The translations under genes were made by a program, and so were the position numbers. 64,000 nt of DNA from an uncultured delta proteobacterium (lineage in GTDB: Bacteria; Desulfobacterota; Binatia; UBA9968), in the NCBI GenBank assembly GCA_963745035.1, contig CAVUVW010000015.1, positions 160,001-224,000 on the forward strand. The letters run 5' to 3'. Positions 51,747 through 60,787 of the stretch are shown piece after piece. Within the stretch, counting starts at the first letter, position 1. Each line of letters begins with the position of its first letter. The notes below the pieces were generated by a model, which was given only the letters and a program-made list of their open reading frames with translations, searched no databases and had not been told where the DNA came from.

Positions 51747-53488
51747 ATCTTTTTCTCCAACCGTTGGATTTTCTCGCGGATGCGCTTGACCTGGTCGGCT
51801 TCCTTGGAATGCTTGAGGGCCTCGCGATAACGGACCAGGGCGCGCTCGGGTCTGCCCACCTTTTCGTAGGCGTCGCCGAGATGCTCGATGATGGTGGGAT
51901 CGTCCACGGTGAGTTGGACAGCCCGCTCAAGCTGCTCGACCGCGCGGGGATAATCCCCTTTTTGGTAATAAACCCACCCCAAGCTGTCGATGTAAAAACC
52001 GTCGTTAGGCTGAATCTTGAGCGCCCGTTGGATCAAGTCTTCGGCCTCTTCGAGCTGCACGCCCATCTCGGCCCAGGTATAACCTAGATAATTGAGCGCT
52101 GCGGCATTCTTCGGATTGAGCTCGATGGCCTTTTTCATGCTCGCGACGGACTTCTCTTTGTTCTTGTTCTCGTCGTGCAACGCGCCGAGCTGAAAGTGCG
52201 CCTCATCGCTCTTTGGATCCAAGGTCACCACGCGCTCCATCGCCTGGATCGCTTTGGGATACTCCTTGGTCTTGCGATAGAGCGAGCTTAAAAACGCGTA
52301 AATCTCCTTGCGGTCGGGGCGCTTTTTGAGCACAGGCTGGAGTATTTCGATGGCCTTTTGCGTCTGCTCCTTGCGGTCGTAGAGATACGCCGCCTGAATG
52401 CGCGAATCGACGTAAAGCTCGCTCTTCTCTCCGACCCGCTCGAAAGATTCCAGCGCCTTGTCGTCCGCCTTCATCTCGACGTAAGTCGCGCCCAGGTAAT
52501 AGCGCGCGCGGTCATTTTCCGGATCGCCGGCGAGCACCAGATTGAATTCCGTGGCGGCGCGCTCGAAGTCGCCTTTCTCGAAAGAGATCAAGCCGATCTT
52601 GATCCGCGTCTCGCGCGGATCAACGTCGGAGCCCTGAAGGGACTCGAATTGGTGGAGCGCTTCGTCAAGCTTGTTCTGCCCGACATAAAGCTCGCCCAGG
52701 CGCCGGCGCGCCCAAACGTTTTGCGCATTGACCGCGAGCAAACGCTGGTAAGTTTGGATCGCCTCTTCGGTCTTGCCCTCGAGCTCATAGACGAGGGCGA
52801 GATCGAGGAGGACCGCTTCGGACTTGGGATTGAACTCTAACGCCTTTCGGTAGCTCTGTTCGGCGGCGAGATAGAGTTTGCTCTTGGCGCGCACTCGGCC
52901 AAGATAATAGTGACCCAGGCCAGAATTGGGATCGAGCTTGAGCAGCTCCTCGAGACTTTGACCGGCGCGCGCCAGATCATCGAGCTGCAAATAGAGCGCG
53001 CCCAGATAGAGCAAAGCTTCCTGGTTTTTGCCGTCGAGCTTGAGGACTTCGTTGTATTCAGCGAGACCTTTTTGGTTTTCGCCGAGGGAGGAATAGAGGC
53101 CGGCGAGGAGCAAATGGTTATCGACGCTCTTGGGGTCGAGCCTGACGGCCGCTTCCGCTTCGATCAAGGCCTTCTTCAGATCGCCTTTGCGCAAGTAAAG
53201 CGATGCCAACCGGAAGCGCAGGAACGCATCGTCGGGACTGCTCTGGGCGGCGCCTTCAAATTCTCTTAACGCCCCGTCAAAGTCGCCCTCGCCGAGCAGA
53301 ATCTGGCCCTTGAGAAAGTAATTGATCGCCGCGGCTTCAGCGGGAATTTCGGCTTTGGGCTGGTTGCGAAAGGGCGGGTCAGGCGACCAAAGCAGCCCAT
53401 CGGGAGGCAGTTTCGGCGTGGGCGCTGCTGTCGTGCAACCGGCAAGAATCGAGAATAGAACAGCCGCACAAGAAGAGCGCTTAGCCAT
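51743..53488 (-). CDS. long TPR-repeat lipoprotein
   Basis: LAGC lipobox; many TPRs; ALNYLGY and DSLGWVYY..G motifs. Confidence 0.9.
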   Translation of the reverse strand: MAKRSSCAAVLFSILAGCTTAAPTPKLPPDGLLWSPDPPFRNQPKAEIPAEAAAINYFLKGQILLGEGDFDGALREFEGAAQSSPDDAFLRFRLASLYLRKGDLKKALIEAEAAVRLDPKSVDNHLLLAGLYSSLGENQKGLAEYNEVLKLDGKNQEALLYLGALYLQLDDLARAGQSLEELLKLDPNSGLGHYYLGRVRAKSKLYLAAEQSYRKALEFNPKSEAVLLDLALVYELEGKTEEAIQTYQRLLAVNAQNVWARRRLGELYVGQNKLDEALHQFESLQGSDVDPRETRIKIGLISFEKGDFERAATEFNLVLAGDPENDRARYYLGATYVEMKADDKALESFERVGEKSELYVDSRIQAAYLYDRKEQTQKAIEILQPVLKKRPDRKEIYAFLSSLYRKTKEYPKAIQAMERVVTLDPKSDEAHFQLGALHDENKNKEKSVASMKKAIELNPKNAAALNYLGYTWAEMGVQLEEAEDLIQRALKIQPNDGFYIDSLGWVYYQKGDYPRAVEQLERAVQLTVDDPTIIEHLGDAYEKVGRPERALVRYREALKHSKEADQVKRIREKIQRLEKKI

Positions 53489-53660
53489 TGTTCGAGGGTT
53501 AACACAACCGCTGGAGGGGGTCAACGAACTCTCTCGGATAACGTCAAGAGTTGCGGTGTAAATCGCGCAGCTTTTTGGCGCCGGTTGACATTGACATCCC
53601 GTCTCTACTCTCTCTACTGGATCATTCATTCGGTGAACATCGCCAGCGCGCCTTTCCTGA

Positions 53661-53689
53661 TTGCCTTACGGACCGGTTGTTGGTAAATT
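53661..53689 (+). promoter_or_regulatory. sigma70-like promoter
   Basis: TTGCCT-N17-TAAATT with TG-n extension. Confidence 0.5.
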
Positions 53690-53761
53690 TCGGAGCAAGT
53701 CAATCAAGCCTTCTGTTTTCGGTAGCGTGAGCGAGAAGGCATTCCAACAAGAGGCAGGGAA

Positions 53762-54385
53762 ATGGTGAACCGTACGACGAGGCTCTTGAGCTTTTCCGTT
53801 ATTGTATCGCTGGTTAGTTTTTCATTGGCTTGCAATCACGCGATTCCCCGGTTCGGCGTTGGGGGGCGTTACGAGGAGGGCAGGGAGCAGTTTCTCCGCG
53901 GTCGCACGGGCGACATGGACAAGGCCGTAGTGGCACTTGAATACGTGGTAAGCCAGGATCCGACGTATAAGTATAGTCTCATGTACCTCGGGCGTGCCTA
54001 TTACCGTAAGGCACGTTACCAAGATGCTTTCGCAGTACTGCAGCGCGCCTTGGCGGTAAACGACGACGACGAGCAGGCCTGGATCGCGTTGGGTCTAACG
54101 CAGCTCCGCTTGGGGCAGAATGACAAGGGAATCGAGTCGCTGAAAGGTGGCATCACTCTCGCGAACAAAGTGATGGTGGACGGCTATCACAATTATCTTT
54201 ACTGGGACACGCGCGGCTTGATTCGCGCTTCGCTGCGGCGGTCAGCTTTCCTGCTGACCAAGGGCATCGAGGAGAAAGACAATATTATCCAGAATACCGA
54301 TCGCCTGATGGCGCTGATTGACGACGAAGAAAACTTCCAGAAAAACACCCGCATTCAGAATACCAGACCGCTTTACGGAGGCTAA
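53762..54385 (+). CDS. TPR lipoprotein
   Basis: SLAC lipobox and three TPR-like repeats. Confidence 0.82.
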   Translation: MVNRTTRLLSFSVIVSLVSFSLACNHAIPRFGVGGRYEEGREQFLRGRTGDMDKAVVALEYVVSQDPTYKYSLMYLGRAYYRKARYQDAFAVLQRALAVNDDDEQAWIALGLTQLRLGQNDKGIESLKGGITLANKVMVDGYHNYLYWDTRGLIRASLRRSAFLLTKGIEEKDNIIQNTDRLMALIDDEENFQKNTRIQNTRPLYGG

Positions 54386-54388
54386 AAG

Positions 54389-54414
54389 AAAAACCCCGGC
54401 TGTCCGGGGTTTTT
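54389..54414. terminator. bidirectional intrinsic terminator
   Basis: AAAAA-CCCCGG-CTGT-CCGGGG-TTTTT between convergent genes. Confidence 0.88.
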
Positions 54415-54456
54415 CGTGTGGGTGGACGACCTAACAATACAATTGTCCGACGGCGG

Positions 54457-55092
54457 TTAACGCGGGCTGTCGTTGCTGTCGCTTTCGCGGGCGCGTTCGC
54501 GAGCTTCGTCCCGGCGCGCCTTGTCGCCTTCCTCTTCCATGCGTTGGCCGATCCACTCGCCGCTCGCGATCAGCTTCTGCATGTCGAATTCCCGCCCCGA
54601 CATGATCGCCAGGTCTTGCCGGATCGCCGAGCGTATCTCCTTGGCGGGGTCCCAGAACTGGCCGAAAGAAAACCGATGGGCCTCGTTAATATAATCCAGC
54701 CACCCGTGAATGCCTTTCATTCCTCCCTCAATTTCCTTTAATCCCCGCTGACGATCGCCGCTCCGGGCCAAAGTCAAACCGAGGTAAAGCCGGGCGATGT
54801 CCTCGTCTCGATTGACGCTGAGCGCCTTTTCCAGCGTTTCTCTTGCCTGAGGCAGTCTACCGATAGCGTACTCGGAACGTCCGACATAGCTGAAAATACC
54901 CTGCTGCAGCGCGGTTCCGTACCGGTAGTTAGGGTCGGCTAGCGCGGCTTTCTGAAAATAAGCCAACGCCGCTTCGTTGTGGCCCGCGAGCATTGCGCGC
55001 CTTCCCGCGGCAACGTCGCTGCCTACGTGCAGGCTCGCGCAGCCGGAGACGAAAACGAGAAACGACAGCAACATGGTCCACGTGGTTTTCAT
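54457..55092 (-). CDS. TPR lipoprotein, probable paralogue of 53762
   Basis: VSGC lipobox, TPRs and FWDP...IR motif. Confidence 0.82.
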   Translation of the reverse strand: MKTTWTMLLSFLVFVSGCASLHVGSDVAAGRRAMLAGHNEAALAYFQKAALADPNYRYGTALQQGIFSYVGRSEYAIGRLPQARETLEKALSVNRDEDIARLYLGLTLARSGDRQRGLKEIEGGMKGIHGWLDYINEAHRFSFGQFWDPAKEIRSAIRQDLAIMSGREFDMQKLIASGEWIGQRMEEEGDKARRDEARERARESDSNDSPR

Positions 55093-55219
55093 GGCTCCCT
55101 CCTACTTCGGCAAAAGCATAGTTCCGAGGTGGCGCGATTTCAATAGCGGAAATGCGGCACCCGAAGCCGGCTGCAATCCATGGCATCTTGCTGTGAATTG
55201 AGTCCCGACGGCGACCTTG

Positions 55220-56005
55220 TCAGGAGCGAAGCAGGGTGACCCAAATGCGCAGCGCTACAACCGCGATCACACCGGCGTAGACATAGCGTAATGCTTTAGG
55301 GGATACCCGGCTATGGCTCTTTTCTCCGGCGATCGCCCCCACACTGGCGCCGATGATGATCGCCAGGGTCATCAAGAAGGGAACCTGACCGGTGATGAGC
55401 TTCCCCATAAAGCCGGCAAAGCCGTTTAATACATGTATGGCCAAGCTGCTGCCGATCGTGATTCGCGTCGGTATCTTGAGCACGTAGATAAGCAGCGGCA
55501 CGAAAAGAAAATTACCCGCGCCCAAAAGTCCCACCACGGCACCAACGAAAAATGACAGCGCACAGAGAAAAATGGATGGAATCGGAATTTGGTCGGCCGC
55601 CGTTTCTTCACGTTGAGCGGACGGTCCCGGGAGGAACATTACCGCTCCGGCGATAAGCACGACGATGCCAAACAGCAACAGCAGAAACCATTCGGAGACC
55701 CATTTCGAACCGACGCCGCCGATAAAGGCGCCGATAGCGGATGATACCGCTCCCAGCAGCGTCAGTTTTTTATGCACCCGCCCTTTACGCCAGTGGGCTG
55801 CTCCACCGATCACGCCCGCAAAAAAAACCTGTGAGATCACCAAGGCGGCGACAGTCTTGGCATCAAGCGCTTCCAAGCCGAGAAAGGGCGGCAGATAAAG
55901 CAGCAGGGGGAAAAGCAATATTCCGCCGCCCAGGCCGATAAATCCCGCACCGAAGCCGGCGATACCGGCTAACGTCAAAAGCGTCGTGAATAGGCCGGTA
56001 CTCAT
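55220..56005 (-). CDS. TauE/SafE sulfite exporter family membrane protein
   Basis: GFIGLGGGILLFP and a duplicated four-TM unit. Confidence 0.9.
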   Translation of the reverse strand: MSTGLFTTLLTLAGIAGFGAGFIGLGGGILLFPLLLYLPPFLGLEALDAKTVAALVISQVFFAGVIGGAAHWRKGRVHKKLTLLGAVSSAIGAFIGGVGSKWVSEWFLLLLFGIVVLIAGAVMFLPGPSAQREETAADQIPIPSIFLCALSFFVGAVVGLLGAGNFLFVPLLIYVLKIPTRITIGSSLAIHVLNGFAGFMGKLITGQVPFLMTLAIIIGASVGAIAGEKSHSRVSPKALRYVYAGVIAVVALRIWVTLLRS

Positions 56006-56934
56006 GCGCCCGCCGAGAACGAGCTTCTCACGGCAATATCCGCGACGGTGAACAGGAAATAGCCGAGACTGACGTAGGCGTTGAGATCAAAAAAAGCGCG
56101 GTTGATGCGCGAGAGATCGCCAGGCGTAACGATGCGATGCTCCCAGAGTAAAACCAGCGCTACCGCAGCAAATCCAATCCAATAGAGCAAACCCATTTCG
56201 GCATCCAGCCCCACAAGAGCGAGAAAAACGACTGTGCACAAATGAGAAAAACTCGACAACCGCAAGGCGCCGGCGACGCCGAAGCGCACCGGAATCGAGT
56301 GCAAGCCGTGAGCGCGATCGAATTCTCGATCCTGGAGCGAGTAGATGATGTCGAAGCCGGCGAGCCAAAAGACCACCGCCAGGCCGAGATAAATCGGCAC
56401 GGTCAACTCGCCCACATCGATCGGCGGCCGCAAGGTCGCCAGCCAGGCGCCGACCGGCGCGAGCGCCAGCGCAAGCCCTAAAAACAGGTGGGAAGCCCAG
56501 GTGAAGCGCTTGGTGAGCGAATAGAAAAAAATAATCGCGAGCGCGACCGGCGATAAGATAAAGCAGATCCAGTTGAGCTGGTAAGCGGCAAGCATGAAGA
56601 CCAGAGCGGCGGCGGCGGTGAGGGCGACGGCTTCCCAAACGCGGACGGCGCCGCGCGGCAATTCCCAGCCTTGGGTGCGCGGGTTGAGCGCATCGAATTT
56701 TCGGTCCGCCAGGCGATTGAACGCCATGGCCGCGGTGCGCGCGCCGACCATGGCGATCAAAATCCAAAACAAGGTCCTTAGCGTCACCGGATGTTTCGGC
56801 CATGCCAAAGCGACCGAAGAAAGAGCGAACGGCAGAGCGAACACGGTGTGAGAAAAACGTACGAGGCGGCCGTAATCGGAGATTTTGGATTTTAGATTTT
56901 GGATTTTCGATTGGCGGAGAGCTTGCTCGTTCAT
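56002..56934 (-). CDS. UbiA-family prenyltransferase (MqnP-type)
   Basis: HTVFALPFA, AMAFNRLADRKFD.LNPRT, YSLTKRF and GFDIIYSLQD. Confidence 0.93.
   Translation of the reverse strand: MNEQALRQSKIQNLKSKISDYGRLVRFSHTVFALPFALSSVALAWPKHPVTLRTLFWILIAMVGARTAAMAFNRLADRKFDALNPRTQGWELPRGAVRVWEAVALTAAAALVFMLAAYQLNWICFILSPVALAIIFFYSLTKRFTWASHLFLGLALALAPVGAWLATLRPPIDVGELTVPIYLGLAVVFWLAGFDIIYSLQDREFDRAHGLHSIPVRFGVAGALRLSSFSHLCTVVFLALVGLDAEMGLLYWIGFAAVALVLLWEHRIVTPGDLSRINRAFFDLNAYVSLGYFLFTVADIAVRSSFSAGA
56881..56914. repeat. 7-mer tandem repeat (GATTTTG) inside the UbiA N-terminus
   Basis: gattttg gatttta gattttg gattttc gattgg; translates as QSKIQNLKSKIS. Confidence 0.8.
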
Positions 56935-58373
56935 AGACCGAGTTTATCCCATATGGAGTCGATGTAACGCCTCGTTCGCTCATCCATGACGATGGGCTCC
57001 GGCCATTCGCGCTCGAAACCTTCGCCGCGCCATTTTCTCGTCGCGTCGATGCCGAACTTCGAGCCGAAGCCCAACACCGGCGCGGCGTGATCGAGGACGT
57101 CCACCGGACCCTCGACGAATACGGTGTCGCGCTTGGGATCGATGTGGTTGCCGGCGATCCACGTGACTTCGGCGAGGTCGTGGACGTTCACGTCGTGGTC
57201 GACGATGATCAACGTCTTGGTGAACATCATCTGCCCCAGGCCCCACAAGGCGTGCATCACCTTGCGCGCGTGGGCGGGATATTCTTTTTTGATCGCGATG
57301 ATCGCGAGGTTATGAAACACGCCGTGAACCGGCAGGTTCATGTCGACGATCTCCGGCAACGTGACGCGCAGCAGCGGCAAAAACAGCCGCTCCGTCGCTT
57401 TGCCGAGATAGGCGTCTTCCATCGGCGGGCGGCCGACGATGGTGGTCGGATAGATCGGCTGCTTGCGATGGGTGATGCACGTGACGTGGAAAACGGGGTA
57501 ATCCTCGGCCAGAGAGTAAAATCCCGTGTGATCGCCGAACGGCCCCTCGCGGCGTAGCGGCTCGGCCGGATCGACGTAGCCTTCGATCACGATATCCGAA
57601 TTCGCCGGTACCTCGACATCGACGGTGACGCCTTTGACCAGCGCCACGCCTTTCTTACGCAGAAATCCGGTAAACAGGATTTCGTCGATCTGGTCCGGCA
57701 GCGGCGCGGTGGCGGCGTAAATCATCGCCGGATCGCCGCCCAGGCAAACCGCCAGCTCCAGCTTGCCGGCGGCTTCTTTTTGCCGCTGGTAATGGCGCGC
57801 GCCGACCTTGTGAAGGTGCCAATGCATGCCGGTGGTACGCTGATCGAAAACCTGCATACGATACAGGCCGACGTTTCTCGTTCCTTTCACCGGATCCTTG
57901 GAAAAGACCATCGGCAAAGTGATGAACGGTCCGGCGTCGCCGGGCCAGCAGGTGAGCACCGGCAGGAGATTCAAGTCGGGCGCGCGCTCGATCACTTCCT
58001 GGCACGGGCCTTCCTTAACGATCTTCGGCGGAATGCCGGCCAGCTTCACCAGCTCGCCCAGCAAATGAAACTTGTCTTTGAACGACTTTGGCGGCTTGAT
58101 CTGGATCAGCTTGGCGATATCTGCGGCGATCTCCTCGACGTCGTTTACGCCGAGCGCCAGCGCCATCCGTTTCAGCGAGCCGAAGGCGTTGATCAACACC
58201 GGCATCGACTTGCCGGCGACGTTCTCGAAGAGCAGCGCCGGACCGGCGCTTTTCATCACCCGATCGGCGATCTCGGTGATTTCCAAATCCGCTTTGACGG
58301 GATGCGCGACGCGGCGTAGCTCACCGGCACGCTCCAAAACTTGAACGAATTCTGCCAGGCTGTTATATGGCAT
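56931..58373 (-). CDS. UbiD-family menaquinone biosynthesis decarboxylase (MqnL-type)
   Basis: GPALLFEN, NVGLYRMQ, EGPFGDHTGFY, GRPPMED and G.DAT.K. Confidence 0.95.
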   Translation of the reverse strand: MPYNSLAEFVQVLERAGELRRVAHPVKADLEITEIADRVMKSAGPALLFENVAGKSMPVLINAFGSLKRMALALGVNDVEEIAADIAKLIQIKPPKSFKDKFHLLGELVKLAGIPPKIVKEGPCQEVIERAPDLNLLPVLTCWPGDAGPFITLPMVFSKDPVKGTRNVGLYRMQVFDQRTTGMHWHLHKVGARHYQRQKEAAGKLELAVCLGGDPAMIYAATAPLPDQIDEILFTGFLRKKGVALVKGVTVDVEVPANSDIVIEGYVDPAEPLRREGPFGDHTGFYSLAEDYPVFHVTCITHRKQPIYPTTIVGRPPMEDAYLGKATERLFLPLLRVTLPEIVDMNLPVHGVFHNLAIIAIKKEYPAHARKVMHALWGLGQMMFTKTLIIVDHDVNVHDLAEVTWIAGNHIDPKRDTVFVEGPVDVLDHAAPVLGFGSKFGIDATRKWRGEGFEREWPEPIVMDERTRRYIDSIWDKLGL

Positions 58374-58394
58374 GTGCTTCCCGCAAAGCCTTAA

Positions 58395-58697
58395 ATGAAA
58401 AGCATTAATCCGAGCGGAAGTCGGAAGTCAAGCAAGCCGACCGGCGCTCCGCCTGCGCGCGCTCTCGCCGCGGCGACGGCGGCTGCGTTCCTTCCGCCGA
58501 CCCGAACGCTGCTCAAACAAGGCCAAGTCCAGGAAGCCATCGATCACTTCCGCGCCGCTTTGCGTTTAGAACCGGGCGTGGCCGAGATTCACGAGAGCCT
58601 CGGGCGCGCGCTGGCGCTGCAGGGAAAAAACGACGAAGCGGCCGCGCATCTGGAAGAAGCCGTGCGCATTCTCAAAACGTCGCCGCCAGCGCCATGA
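58395..58697 (+). pseudogene. internally deleted TMTC-like TPR gene remnant
   Basis: A hydrophobic ALAAATAAAFLP segment joins directly to two terminal TPRs; the stop overlaps the next ATG. Confidence 0.55.
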
Positions 58698-60757
58698 CCG
58701 AGCGGCGCGTCAACCGGCCGCGCTCCCGCGCGGTTACGTCGGCCAAACCCGCTGCTATCCCGAGCGCCGATCTGGACCGGAAGAGCCGCCGGCGCTGCGG
58801 GGCGGCGATATTTTCAATCGCCTTCGCGCTCCGTCTGATTTACCTTTTTCAGATCGAATCCATTCCGCTTTTCTATAACCTGGCGGGCGACGGGTGGACT
58901 TACGACGAGTGGGCCCGGCGCATCGCCGCGGGCGCCTGGCTCGGCGAAGGGGTTTTTTACCAAGCGCCGCTGTATCCCTACTTCCTTGCCGCGCTGCAAA
59001 GTCTGTTCGGCCACAATCTTTGGGCGATTCGCTTTGTGCAAATCATCCTCGGCGCGCTTTCCTGCGCGCTGGTGTTTGTCGTCGGCGAGAAGATTTTTTC
59101 ACGCCGCGCCGGACTGGCCGCAGGCTTGCTGCTGGCGTTTTATGCGCCGGCGATCTTTTTCGATGTACTGATCGAAAAAAGCATTCTCGATCTCTTCTTG
59201 CTGAGCGCGTTGCTGCTGCTTTTGCTTGGAACGGATGCCGAGGGGCGATGGACCAAATGGCTCGGCGCCGGCGCAATCTTGGGATTGCTTGGGCTTTCGC
59301 GCGAGAATGCGCTCGTGCTGGCGCCTGTCGTCGCGCTGTGGATCGTCGTCTATTTCTCCGCCCGGCCGCTTCAGGTTCGCACGCAATGGCTCGCCTGGTT
59401 TGTCGCCGGCGTGCTCTTGATTTTGCTGCCGGTGGGGCTGCGCAATCTTGCGGTGGGCGGCGAGTTCAAGCTCACCACTTCGCAGCTCGGGCCGAATTTT
59501 TTCATCGGCAACAATGGAGCCGCCGACGGCACCTACGGCTCGGTGCGAAAAACCATCGGCGAAGCGCAGCTCGAAGGAACTGACGCCAAGCGGCTGGCGG
59601 AAAGAACCGCGCGCCGCTCGCTGGCACCGGGAGAGGTCTCGGATTTTTGGCTGGACCGCTCGCTTGATTATATTAAGAATCGGCCTGTCGATTGGCTGGG
59701 TTTGCTGGGACGTAAATGGCTGCTCGTCTGGAACGCGCGCGAGATCGAAGACTCCGACGATTTTTATATCTATCGAAGCTGGTCCGGGCTGCTCGACGCC
59801 CTCGGCACGGTCCATCACTTCGGTGTGCTCGCGCCCCTCGCCGCGCTGGGCGTGGCGCTCACCTATTCCCGCTGGCGGCAACTCTGGCTCCTTTATGCGA
59901 TGATTCTGTCGCTGGCGGCGAGCGTTGCGATTTTTTACGTCTTTGGCCGCTATCGTTTTTCTCTGGCTCCTTTGTTGGCGCTTTTCGCCGGCGCCGGAGC
60001 CGCAGCGGCGCTCGAGCTTTATAGAGAAAAAAGCTGGCGCTTGCTGGCGACCGGCGCCGCCATCGCTCTGTGCGCGGCCGTGATCGTCAACTGGCCCATG
60101 AGCAATGTCTCCGGACCGGGAGCCGCAGGCTATAACAACCTATCCAACGCTTACCTGAAGCAGGGCAAGATCGTGCAAGCGATCAACACGGCTCTCAATG
60201 CGATCCAAGCCGATCCAAACTACGGCGTCGCGCATTACAACCTCGGCAATCTCTATGCGCAACAACGCAGATTCGAAGAGGCGCGCCGTCATTTCGAAAC
60301 GGCCTTGCGGCTTTATCCGAACTACGCGGATGCGCACAGCAACTATGGACAGCTCATCGCGGAGCGCGGCGACATCGAAACCGGCGTCCGTTACTTTCGC
60401 AGGGCCATCGAGCTCAATCCGGCGCTGCCGCGCGCGCACTTGAACCTCGGCGTGGCACTGGCCAAGCAGGGGAAACTCGATGACGCGGTTCCCGCTCTGG
60501 CACAAGCCGCCCGGCTGTCGCCGGATTTGCCGGAACCAAGCTACTATCTCGGCAGCGTTTACGCCGCGCAGAATCGCTATGGCGAGGCGGTCCAGTGGTT
60601 TCGGCAAACCGTGCGCATTCAGCCCGACTTCGCGCCGGCGCACCAAAGCTTGGCGGAGCTTTTCACCATACTCGGCAAACCTTCCGAAGCGAAAGAACAC
60701 CATCGCGAGGCGCTCCGGCTCATGAAACAGCGGAGGCCGGCCGGCCCAGCGCGCTAA
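58694..60757 (+). CDS. GT-C (ArnT/PMT-like) glycosyltransferase with C-terminal TPRs
   Basis: D..TYDEWA, APLYPYFLA, about 11 TM segments, NFFIGNN, RYR and about six TPRs. Confidence 0.85.
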   Translation: MTERRVNRPRSRAVTSAKPAAIPSADLDRKSRRRCGAAIFSIAFALRLIYLFQIESIPLFYNLAGDGWTYDEWARRIAAGAWLGEGVFYQAPLYPYFLAALQSLFGHNLWAIRFVQIILGALSCALVFVVGEKIFSRRAGLAAGLLLAFYAPAIFFDVLIEKSILDLFLLSALLLLLLGTDAEGRWTKWLGAGAILGLLGLSRENALVLAPVVALWIVVYFSARPLQVRTQWLAWFVAGVLLILLPVGLRNLAVGGEFKLTTSQLGPNFFIGNNGAADGTYGSVRKTIGEAQLEGTDAKRLAERTARRSLAPGEVSDFWLDRSLDYIKNRPVDWLGLLGRKWLLVWNAREIEDSDDFYIYRSWSGLLDALGTVHHFGVLAPLAALGVALTYSRWRQLWLLYAMILSLAASVAIFYVFGRYRFSLAPLLALFAGAGAAAALELYREKSWRLLATGAAIALCAAVIVNWPMSNVSGPGAAGYNNLSNAYLKQGKIVQAINTALNAIQADPNYGVAHYNLGNLYAQQRRFEEARRHFETALRLYPNYADAHSNYGQLIAERGDIETGVRYFRRAIELNPALPRAHLNLGVALAKQGKLDDAVPALAQAARLSPDLPEPSYYLGSVYAAQNRYGEAVQWFRQTVRIQPDFAPAHQSLAELFTILGKPSEAKEHHREALRLMKQRRPAGPAR

Positions 60758-60787
60758 GTGAGCGCGGGAGTCAGGCCAGATATTTTT

